From Octopus sinensis (taxonomy: Eukaryota): a DNA stretch of 64,000 nt. Within the stretch, counting starts at the first letter, position 1. Each line of letters starts with the position of its first letter. The position numbers and the translations under genes are program-made. Under the pieces are notes generated by a model. The model was not told the origin of the DNA, did not search any database, and saw nothing but the letters and a program-made list of their open reading frames with translations. The stretch spans positions 8,307,360 through 8,371,359 of the forward strand of contig NC_043019.1 of assembly GCF_006345805.1 (NCBI RefSeq), written 5' to 3'. This document shows, piece after piece, positions 52,661-64,000 of the stretch.

Positions 52661-54074
52661 TGAGTAAGTGTATAAGTGTGTATATATGTGCGGGTGTAAG
52701 CGTTGGTGTCACTGATAGTATCTGTATATGTCGGCGGCGTGTGTATATAAATGATGGCGTAGCGTTGTGTGTCATCGAGCGGTCGCGAATGTGTCTATAT
52801 TAATATGCGGAAGTATTCAATTTGTAGGTTAGCGAAAATATTTGCGTGTGTGAAAACAGGTCAAGTGTGTGTGTGAGTTAGTGAGTGTTTGTCTGTCTGT
52901 GAGTGTGTATTTTTGCTTGTGACCTTGTCGTTGTCGGTGATGTTGGCGGTGTTGGCGGTAAAGGTGATATTGTGCTTGTCTCTGTAAGAATATGCTTGGG
53001 TGTACGTGCGAGTGTGTAGGTCTGTGTATATGTTTGCTTGTCTGTGTGTGTAATTTGTCAGTCCAGAATATGTGTGTGTGTGAAAATGGCTCAACAAGCG
53101 AATGCGTATGTCTTTTTTGTGGTAGTCATGATGATAGTTAAACACGAATGCGCTTCCAGTATTGGCGGTGCACGGGTAAGCTCTCTCTCTCTCTCTCTCT
53201 CTATGAGCGTGCGCTTGCTCGTGCGAATGTGCGTGCTTTGGTCCGTGCGGGAGGAGTATGCTCTTGTGAACGCAAAACAGTTGCCTTGGCTGGTTTTGTA
53301 TATTTGTCTGCGTATACCTGTGTCTGTATGTATGTGCGTGTGACGCGAGTGAGAGATACTTACAAATAATATGAAGTATACAACATTTCAAACCGAATGC
53401 TATAACTTCACTTATTGTTATAAACACATGGACAATATCCGCCATCTTGCACAACGCCGGAGCAAACAATGGACAAAAGAAGTCATTGAAAACGTAGAGA
53501 ACAAAGGGATTTTTTTACAATTTTTTTGAGTCATACATTCCCAGGCTGTTGTGACCAGATATTATTTTAGCAGAAAAGATGGAAGATGACTGAAAAAATG
53601 TAGGAGACTATGTGAAAAATGCTGGCAGATATTCGGAGGAAGTGTTTTGTGTGAATTATATATGCGTTTGTAATATCAATAGAAATAGATATCTTAATTG
53701 AAGAAATAGTATAGAGTAATTTTTTTTTTTTTTTGAGGTTTTGTTTGGTACTGAAGGTTATTAATGTGATAAGGGGCTAGAACGGATAATGAAGCTTTTG
53801 CTAAAAAGAGAGAGACAGAGATCTTTATCTTAGAAGCATCAAACATTCAAAACATAATACAACAAGGACAAAATACATATGGGAGACATTCTGGCTGCAT
53901 TGGAATAGTGCAGTAAGAGAGAAGTGCAATTTGCGCTTGTAATCTCTGAATTGAAAAAAAATATGCTTGCTTGGTAGGTATTAACGGTATATGTCTGGAA
54001 ATGCCAGAACAACTGAGTCGGCGAAATTAGCTATACTACTACTACTACTACTACTACCACCAAGTAGAAGAAGA

Positions 54075-54490
54075 AGGCACAAGGTCTGAAATTTGTAGGG
54101 AGGGGGACAGTCGATTAAATAAACCTCAGTATTCCACTGGTACTTAATTTACCGACCCCGGAAGTCAACATACTTTCTACAATTGGCACAAGGCCTGAAA
54201 TTCAGTTTTCAACCGGTACATGATTTATCGTCCACGAGAGGTTGAAAGTAGATTCGAATTCCATAGAACTTCAAATCTGAACGTAACAAGGACGGAATGT
54301 CGCTAAGCATTTCGTCCGGCGTAGTAACGGTTCTTCCTGCTCTATAGTTTCCTGTTTAGGCACAAGGCCAATAAATTTGAGAAGAGGGCAAAACTCGATA
54401 ATAACTACTCAATATAGACAGGTACTTCAAGTAATTCATCTTATCGATGAAAGGTCCAGTGGCCTTGGACGAATTTAAACTTAGAATCTA
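54075..54490 (-). mobile_element. Train of three truncated SINE-A copies
   Basis: The tail motif GGCACAAGG(C/T)C recurs at ~54077, ~54186 and ~54359, each followed by reverse-complement A core pieces. Confidence 0.7.
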
Positions 54491-55842
54491 TAAATAAGAG
54501 AAAGCTTTTTCCTGACATGTGTCCGTTATGCCAACTCACCGATTTTATGTAAGAACATTACTAATACCGATTACTTTTTAATTTTTTTTAATGAATAATG
54601 AGAAGGCAAAGTTAATATAATAACAATGGCTGCTAAGATGAGGGTGGAAATGGAGCTGATGAAGGAGGTACAGCATTTTAGAAAGAAATCCGGAACTAGA
54701 AAGGGTGAATGTTATAATCATCCCTTACAATATTTCCAACACTGAAAATATTGAAACGTAATTAAAATATTTCAATGCAGCATCTAGATTTGACATAAAA
54801 AGAAATTAATGAAGACCCGAACTGTGTTTTGATTTGAACAAGAACCATAGATCAGTGCAACCCATGCGCAATTCACCTGTTTATATCAACGCAGCAATAT
54901 ATCTGGGCTCAGTAACTCCATAAATACGCCAGCATGTGATGGCTTCCAAATGAAATAAAAACTGACAAACCTTTTTGAAGAGAACCATCCTTATACAGAA
55001 TATATTGCGTATATGAACCCATTCATAGATACATTAAACAACTGCCAATATTCTTGCGTATTCGGTAAGGAGATTTCTATTACGTTTGGTTAGAAAATCT
55101 ACTTGAAATGCGAATAACTAATAAACGGCAAGTGTATCACGTTCGATAAATAATTTTACATGAAACACATACGTAGAAATACTTCGGAATTAATAATAAA
55201 AAATACTATAGTACTGATAAATCAAATAAACTGTAACAAAATACACAATAGACGCATTAGATTATTTCTTGTAATAGATAGATACAAATAGCAAGATAAT
55301 AGTGTAACTTCTTTAGCTTCACCAATAGTAATAAGTTATAGATTCAGTATACTAAACTGGATACTAAGAAAATTTATTGAGACTAGACAGGAAAATAAGA
55401 AAAAATAACTGCATTTCCATTACACTACCCAAAATCTCAGAGAGAAAAGTATTTACAGTGAATACGAAGCAAGGAGAAATGATATTATATAATATAAACG
55501 GATAGATTTACAAAAACAGATCTTACAAAGAATAATGAAAAATTAATACAAGTAGAGGGAAGCCCAGCGTGAAACGAAGCAAAATATATAAAATAGAGAA
55601 TAAGCAGACGAGAAAAGAAAGACAAGAAGTACGACTAAAAATTGATGGAAACAAAATATTAAGATAGGCAATACTGGAGAAGATTGAATAAAAGCAAACA
55701 AAGATCTGAGATAAATCTCCTTAAAAGGTAAATAGTATAGGTCGCAATTTGTGCAAAAATTGTTTAGAGCAGAGGAACAGAAATATCTGAACAGTGAGAT
55801 GAAAGAGATACACTCATCTATTTCAAAACCTAATGCATGCAT

Positions 55843-55895
<53 letters not shown>

Positions 55896-55981
55896 ACATA
55901 TATAAAATTGCATTTTCAAACCTTCTTTCATATATAATTCCATTCGTGTGGTACCTTACAACTCCACTTTGTTATATATAA

Positions 55982-56021
<40 letters not shown>

Positions 56022-56659
56022 CCGTAATGTGTTGTTCTTATAATAACAAATAATGAATTCCCATCGGAATATCCATACCATGGTCAAGAATCATTACGAC
56101 AGTAACATCCTACACATTTTTAAAAACATTTTATATTTTTATTCTCTCATATCCCTTTATACTTCCTTATTCCAAAATAACTCCTTTTGTCGTCTCTAAT
56201 GAAGGGATAACCCTGATATCCCAGATATAGCTGTGAGATTACCTTTCTATTTATAAATCTCCTTTAATTTCCACACAGCCTTGGTTTTGTTGCCTCAGTT
56301 CTTTTATCATATACTTGCTCACCCAAGACGCGCATTATTATCGTATTATTCTCGAAAGGAGAGTCTAACTACGGTCCTCCTTACACAGTCTTACCTGCCA
56401 ACTGCGTAGCTTCTGGATGCCAATGCCTCGCATATATAAATCAGTTAAATATACGTAACCAACGCGTGAAAGAATATAAGGTTAAACAATAATACCAGCT
56501 TTATCATTTTGCAAAATACATTATTATTTTAAGGGCGGTTACTATAAGTAAAGGCACACACTGGAAAGTTAAAGTCAAACTACTTTATCAAATATACACA
56601 CGCGCTGAAGTCGAGGGATTGAACAAAGAAAACACATTTTAAAGGGCTCAGTTGCATAC

Positions 56660-56701
56660 CAAAAAGATTTCCTTGACAGCTCTGTGACACGGTCTCCATT
56701 C
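56660..56701 (-). CDS. Candidate 42-bp exon (all frames open; frame unknown)
   Basis: Acceptor TTCTGGTTATATTTGCATTCAG, donor TTG|GTATGC. Confidence 0.25.
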
Positions 56702-57218
56702 CTGAATGCAAATATAACCAGAAGCATATAAATAAAAACACTTCTACCATACGGACACAACGTTTTTTTGGTTTTTACCTTAATTTGTTTTACACGCTGG
56801 CTACTTGATAAAATCTTTTATAGGTTTTTAGCTTATATTTCATTTTTATATATGAGTGTGTGCAGAGAGAAAGGGATCGAGAGAGACAAGCAGAGAGAGA
56901 GGGTGAGCGGAGAGACGGGGTGTGACGGATTTGAAATCTAATCATCGTATTGAAAAATTAATGAAAGTCTTGACAAATTTTAATAAAACTATATTTGTAT
57001 GGTACAAATAATTGCTAATGAAAATTGTAAATTCTGAAACTAAATTAACCAATATAATTAGTGACATCAGTTGTAGTATCATTGTTCTCTATGTATCATC
57101 ATTAGCGATATCGTGCGTGCTCATTAAAATTCTAATCACGTTTACATAGCTGTCTTCATTAAAGCCCTACAATTGAATTGAAATTATTCTATCAAGACGG
57201 ACTGAATTTATTCTATTA

Positions 57219-57542
57219 AGGCGGTGAGCTGCCAGAAACGCCAGCACGCCGGGCGAAATGGGCAGCCGTTCGTCTGCCACTACGTTCTGAGTTCAAATTC
57301 CGCCGAGGTCGACTTTGCCATTCATCCTTTCGTGGTCGTTAAATAAGTACCAGTTACGCACTGGGGTGGATATAATCGACTTAAACCGTTTGTCTGTCCT
57401 TGTTTGTCCTCTCTGTGTTTAGCCCCTTGTGGGCAGTAAAGAAATAGGTATTCTGTCTGCCGTTACGTTCTGAGTTCAAATACCGACAAGGTCGACTTTG
57501 CCTTTCAACCTTTCGGGGTCGATAGATTAAGTACCAGTTACG
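57219..57542 (+). mobile_element. SINE-A full copy (57219-57449) directly followed by a partial second copy
   Basis: Canonical A sequence; after GTAAAGAAATAG the core TACGTTCTGAGTTCAAAT...AAGTACCAGTTACG repeats. Confidence 0.92.
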
Positions 57543-57795
57543 AAAGGATGAATCGACTTTGTACATTCATGCATGCATGTATGTATGTACGTATGAATAT
57601 ATGACTTATTTCTAGCAATACTGGTTCTGATTAGGGCCCTTTGTCACGTTCGCGACATATATTTTTGCCTTCAGGTTGTAAAATTGCGGATTAGCAACAC
57701 ATGCTATTCATAATTTTCACTTACCGTTTATAAAATCAGCGTATCAATTCAAAGGAACCTTTATGAACTGACATATATATATATTTGATTTTGAT

Positions 57796-57838
57796 TTTTC
57801 CAGTTTCAGCTAATGAGCTGTGGCCATGCTGGGGCACC

Positions 57839-57869
<31 letters not shown>

Positions 57870-58016
57870 TCCCTCCCCCCACAACATCGATTGATAACCG
57901 AAAGTGGTGTGTTTGCGTCCCCGTAACTTAGTGGTTGTGCAAAAGAGCCGATAGAATAAGTACTAGGCTTAAAAAGAATAATTCCTGGGGTCGATTTGCC
58001 CGCAGTTAAATAAAAG
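57796..58016. mobile_element. Rearranged SINE-B: inverted tail (57796-57841, -) plus body fragment (57869-58016, +)
   Basis: Both parts match 14870-15050 but in opposite orientations, separated by (TA)n. Confidence 0.75.
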
Positions 58017-58019
58017 AAA

Positions 58020-58123
58020 GAATATATACACACACATTATATATATAACCACAACACACACACACACACACAACACACATATATATATATACACACATAT
58101 ATATATACATATATATATGTTAC

Positions 58124-58154
<31 letters not shown>

Positions 58155-58319
58155 CATTATATATAATATCATATATATATATATACATAATATATATATA
58201 CATATATATATATATACATATATATATATACTATATATAATATACATATATTATATATACATATATATATATATACTATATATATATATACAATATAATA
58301 TATATACATATATATATAC

Positions 58320-58370
<51 letters not shown>

Positions 58371-58421
58371 CATATTATATATATACATATATATATATAT
58401 ATACATATAATATATATATAC

Positions 58422-58453
<32 letters not shown>

Positions 58454-58454
58454 C

Positions 58455-58487
<33 letters not shown>

Positions 58488-58702
58488 CATATATTTATAT
58501 ACATATATATATGTATATACATATATATATATATCTATATATGTATATACATATATATTGTATACATATATATATATATACATATATATATGTATATACA
58601 TATATATATGTATATACATATATATATGCATATACATAATATATAATATACATATATATAATATACATATATATATGTATATAGATATATATATGTATAT
58701 AC

Positions 58703-58737
<35 letters not shown>

Positions 58738-59019
58738 CCTTAATATATATATGTACATATATACATATATATATACACTATATATATTTATTATATATAT
58801 GTACATATATACATATATGAATATATACATGTATATACACTAATATATATTTATATATATATATAATATATACATATGAATATATACATATATATACACT
58901 AATATATATTTATATATATATATATGTACATATTACATATGAATATATACATATATATACACTAATATATATTTATATATATATGTGCATATATACATAT
59001 GGATATACTATATATATAG

Positions 59020-59057
<38 letters not shown>

Positions 59058-59089
59058 ATACTTATATATAGATACTTGTATATATATAG

Positions 59090-59133
<44 letters not shown>

Positions 59134-59161
59134 TTATATATAGATACTTGTATATATATAG

Positions 59162-59196
<35 letters not shown>

Positions 59197-59388
59197 TACT
59201 TGTATATATAATAGATACATATATATATGTATGGGTAGATACATATATACATATACATACAGATATATATACAAATATATACATATTTGTATATATACAT
59301 ATACATACATATATATACATATATATATATATATATTTGTATGTATATATATATGTATGTAGATATATAGATAGATACATATTATATT

Positions 59389-59420
<32 letters not shown>
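58020..59420. repeat. ~1.4-kb TA-rich array with higher-order units
   Basis: (TA)n/(TATACA)n with repeated TACACTAATATATATTT...CATATGAA and TAGATACTTGTATATATATAGATAC blocks. Confidence 0.95.
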
Positions 59421-59424
<4 letters not shown>

Positions 59425-61781
59425 CCATAAGCTGGTAATCTACGTAGATATACAACATTTTTTTCCTTGTTTCCAAACATATCCACTTCCTTTTGCAAGA
59501 TCGTGCTCCGTTTCAATAACCCTGAATCAAAACACAATTTAAATATATCACTATTGTTAATTCCTAGAAAATATTGCGACGAATGTTTAACAAATTTCTC
59601 AGAAAAGTGATGATATGAGACTCAAAATAAGAAGACATAAAAGAAAATGGAGGAAAGAAATGAAATGGACAACGATGAATGTTTGTTTGTACAAATTACA
59701 AAAACTAATGAAACAAAGACCGACTCGGAAATAATAGGAAGACTTAGTTGGGTTGATTGATGAAAGGGAAATTCTTTAGACGTTCCTCTGTTCCAAGTTC
59801 ATTTATGTATTTAGTTTTTTTTATATGTTTTCTGTATTTTTGTATTCATTAACAAAGAACAGCAAAGAAGTCTAGTCCGATATTTATGTTCCTAGTTTGG
59901 GCCATCAAAGTATTTATGCTTAATTATGCGAAAATTTATATGCATGCATACTCACACACTCACGCGGACACACTAACATTTATATATATAAGCACAATAT
60001 TTGTTTGTGTGTTTATGCGTGCATGTGCATGCTTATACACACACACTCATATGTATATATATATATATATACTGTGGCGTCTGGGGAGAACCATTCTCAT
60101 TCCTTATAATTTAACACACTCAATGGTAAAGTTTCCACGCATTTACTTATTTATTTTTCTGTAAATAATTAAATGAATGGAAACGTTACCGGTGAGTGTG
60201 TTAAATGATGAGGCACTAAAAGACAATGACTCTCTCCAGACACAACAAAATACGCTTCAAACCACGAACTCACAAAAATGTTGCAATCCCAAAACAATAT
60301 ACATATATATATATATAGCACTTACATATATACGCACATGCATTCATTTATATATATATATATATACATACATGTATATATATGTGTGAGAGAGTTGGTA
60401 TGTGAAAGCACGCGGTTAGATGTATAAAATAGAAAATATAATTTAATAAAACTACAGAATACTTGTATTATATCGTTAAAGAATATGTTTAAATCGTCAT
60501 AAAATCGTTATAAAATTTTGTGTGTAGTGTCACTGCTTTGGAAGATATAACTGGTTTCGTATTTTCTTTTCAAAGTTCTCAAATTTCTTCACTGATATTG
60601 TGTAATCTCCTCGGTATAGTGTGATGTAGGAGAGTTCCAAAAAGGCGGAAATCAGGGATTTTTCGGTATAAGGGAGCTAATCAAAAATGTTGGGAATGAT
60701 TAGGTTTCATAAATTTAACAGGATTTTGTTTTGATAGAATAAAATTTTAGAAATGGTCAAGTTTTGCTTTATATTTTTCAATGAGATGAAGTTGCTTTTT
60801 TAAAAAAAGCTACAAATGGCTACGTTTTGGCTTCTATTTTTCAATCAAGTTTCCTTATTTTATCTAACTTGTGTTGGTGTTCCAATGGCATATTAATAAA
60901 ATGGAAAGATTACAAATTGTGGTAGCAGTTGCTTTACGCATCTCTCAATGTATTCACTAAACAGTATAATTCTGCATTCTAGGAATGCATCTGCAGTCGG
61001 TGCATCTTTAGTGAACCCATGCCTGTTTTACTATTTTTTTTATTGCTTTCAAACTTCAAAATATTTTACTCTGCCATATTGCATAAAATATGTCGCTATA
61101 AAATATGCATTTTTGATTATTGCTGATCCCTCATAGCAGTGCTATCATTATATTTATGCCACTGGTAGCAATCCAATCAATTGTAGGCACAATGTACATA
61201 GGACGACATTATCTCATATACATATGCTTTATCTAGTTAGCTATTAAATATTTCCTTAAAAGCAAAGTATGATATAATGTTTTCTACCCACTCTAGCTTA
61301 TAGATTATTAGAGGTTAATTATGGCCCTTCGCTATTGGTATTTGATTTCAAGTCAACCACATAGGATAACGAACGGGAAATGATATTCCAAGTATTACCA
61401 TTTGTGTTGTACTACGACTGTAGGGATACAAGATTACTCACTCTAATATCATTCCCCTCACATCTCATTCCTGCCAGGAATAACACATTTCTCTGCGCCT
61501 TTTTCATTGTTTTCTTTCTCTACTTGGAAAAGGTAGGCTTACCCGAAATATTATAGGTTCATTGAACAACCTATGTAAATCAATACGATATTGATTGATT
61601 CTATCTCATTTAGTAACACATCATCTTCCATATTTTGTGCCACTTCATTGCTCAATCAGTTCCATATCCCTCTCATTTTATATAGACATTAATTGAACAT
61701 TTATGATCAAATTTATTTGAATGATACCCATCTAGTCATGCATATATTCATGTTGTTCCACACCGGCTCAAGCACGAGCAC

Positions 61782-62011
61782 ATGATGAAAGGCGTCCCAA
61801 CCATGACCATTTTGTGTATCTGCGACCAGATATAAATCTTTGTAAACCTCTAACGGGAATAATTACGGCAATGAACATTCCAGCTGTAACCGTTTCTGCT
61901 CGGTAATTAACTGAATCAATCAATGGCCGGGGTGACGTTGCTTGATGCATTAATGATTGTGTTTATTGCAATAACATAGTTATGGTCAAGGCGTTCCAAC
62001 AGTGACCAACC
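61782..62011 (-). repeat. Three short reiterations of a family F motif
   Basis: ATGA.NAAGGCGTTCCAGCTGTGACCA-like motif at ~61782, ~61870 and ~61982; reverse complement of 12916-12950. Confidence 0.55.
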
Positions 62012-62327
62012 TAAAACTAATACAGAGACCTTGTTTCCATTACTGCAGTGTTTGATCTGTTGTATTTGAAGAAATTTGGATTTCATAGACTAATAAGTCG
62101 AGTGCATCTTTCTCAATATCACAGCGACTCTCACTCGCATTACCGAAATGCCGAGAGCCAAGCGATGTGCAAGATATCCGGTTCAGTGGAGCAACGAGAT
62201 TTATGTAGACATCTCCAAGTTGGATGCCATGATATAACAAAGACCAGGGGTCGATCACAAACCTGATTATTTACGAGTTCCAGCGCTCAACACACACACA
62301 CAACACACACATATATATATATATATT

Positions 62328-62361
<34 letters not shown>

Positions 62362-62459
62362 ATATCTATGTGTGTGAGTGTGTGTGTGTGTGTGTATATA
62401 TTTATGTATATATAGATGTGTTTGTGTGTGTGTATGTATTTATATATACATATGTATGT

Positions 62460-62671
62460 ATAAAGGGAGGCCCCAAAATAGGTTTACAGTTATCGTGTAG
62501 GCACTTTAAAGTTCTTCTAAAAATGTTATTACGTTTGACTTACTACCTCACAAAGTAAATTAGTATGGAGTGATGGTTTCATAGTTTTTTTAATAATTAA
62601 GTTATGTACTGTTAATATATCAATGCGAACGAATTAGTTGAATAACTTTAAAGTTGCATTTAGGCCACCAT
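62460..62671. mobile_element. Decayed Tc1/mariner-type MITE
   Basis: AAAGGGAGGCCCCAAAATAGGTTTACAGTT vs reverse complement ACATGGTGGCCTAAATGCAACTTTAAAGTT form degenerate TIRs of the CAGGGTGG..CAAAA...TTTACAGTT type. Confidence 0.45.
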
Positions 62672-62740
62672 GTGTGTGTGTACATATATATATATATGTG
62701 TGTGTGTACATATATATATATGTGTGTGTGTGTATACAGA

Positions 62741-62782
<42 letters not shown>

Positions 62783-62845
62783 TTCATACATATATACACG
62801 TAGATATATATACATATACATACCTATATTCATACAAATACTGGG

Positions 62846-62891
<46 letters not shown>

Positions 62892-63395
62892 GTGTGTATG
62901 TATATCACCTTATGATTTGTAACTTTTACTAAACATGTGTAACGTGTAGAATTCTGAGGCCAAAATGAAGCAATTACTGTTATCATCATCACCATCATCA
63001 TTGTCATCGTTGTCGTCATCATCATCATCATCGTCACTCTCTACCTCTGATTTCTCCTTCGTCTTCATCTTTTCCTTCTCATCCTCCGGCTTTGCATTAT
63101 TGTTGTCTTCCGTCTTGTTAGTATTGTTTTTGTTGCCACTTTAAACTATGAAGTTTGCTGGAGAGAAGAAAAAAAGCAACTGTGTTGAGTGACAACATAA
63201 TAATAAGGAAGCCATTTAAATAAGAAACGCAACAAAATAAAAAACTAAAATTTAAAAGCCAAAAATTTCTCAAACAAGAGAAGGGAGAGAAATCAGGCAA
63301 AAAATTTTAATGCCTTTGCCGAATGGAACATTAAAAGCATGGAAACGTAAAAATAGAAACAGCTGAACGAAAATTGCCGACTTCAAGTAATTTAC

Positions 63396-63454
63396 CTGTC
63401 AGCCGTCACCTGGAATTGATGAGTAGATTCGACCCATTGCGGTTTTCTTTTGTT
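63396..63454 (-). CDS. Candidate 59-bp exon: [19 protein letters not shown]
   Basis: Acceptor TCATCATCTTCCTCATCTTAG, donor CAG|GTAAAT, only frame 0 open; the pyrimidine tract may be microsatellite-derived. Confidence 0.25.
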
Positions 63455-63493
63455 CTAAGATGAGGAAGATGATGATATATGCATATATATATA

Positions 63494-63538
<45 letters not shown>

Positions 63539-64000
63539 GTGCGTGTCTGTCCATTTTGTATATGTATGATTATACATATATATACACACAAATATATATA
63601 TATATATTATATATATATATATATATATATGTATGTACATCCATACATTCATAGATAAAGATATATAGATATCGATATAAGTGTATATATGTATTCATGT
63701 TTGTATGCCTGCATGTACATATATGTATATACACAAGTATATATGTATGTATGTACGCAAGTATGCATATATGTATGTATGGGAGGAAAGATTCCATTTT
63801 CATAGGCAACAGATGTAAATTATTTAAGACTGAATAAGGAAATGAAAAGTTCCATGTTTTAACTCGTTTCGTTATTTACGAGTTAAGAATATTACGATAC
63901 TCCAGATGATGCATCGGGCTTCTAGAAAGAATGTTTTAAAAAATCTTTCTTAAGCTCAGACTCTTTCATTTTTATGAAGTCATTAAAAAATGCAGAGCGC

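Noticed and set aside
54878-54945. Minus-strand exon candidate with CAG|GTGAAT donor
   Set aside because: Stops in all three frames; illustrates the false-positive rate of by-eye exon calls.
62100-62265. Possible ancient RTE C-terminus (PVQWSNEIYVDISKL)
   Set aside because: Similarity too weak to support without a search.

Overview
AT-rich, microsatellite-dense eukaryotic DNA with no long intact protein-coding ORF. Its repeat families look like those of an octopus (coleoid cephalopod) genome; this is inferred from recognising the repeats, not from a search. The window reads as giant-intron or intergenic sequence. It holds about 25 copies or fragments of at least four tRNA-derived SINE types, labelled here A (head GGCGAGCTGGCAGAA), B (head GGCGCAGGAGTGGCTGTGTGGTAAG), C (head GGAGGCGCAATGGCCCAGTGG) and D. 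It also contains decayed LINE pieces (three RTE, four RLE-type R4/Dong-like, several Penelope-like including RT and GIY-YIG remnants), Helitron/Helentron-type non-autonomous elements, several fold-back MITE-like palindromes, and a few small minus-strand exon candidates of an unidentified host gene. Nearly all supplied ORFs are translations of (TA)n/(CA)n/(CAT)n repeats. I see no convincing new multi-gene system. The best leads are structural: a hammerhead-ribozyme relic in a Penelope 3' UTR, one SINE head carrying three different tails (one matching an RTE LINE end in the same window), head-to-tail SINE trains, a Dong-like insertion bracketed by (TAA)n, a miRNA-like hairpin, and long fold-backs that could be ADAR substrates. 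TE fragment boundaries are approximate.
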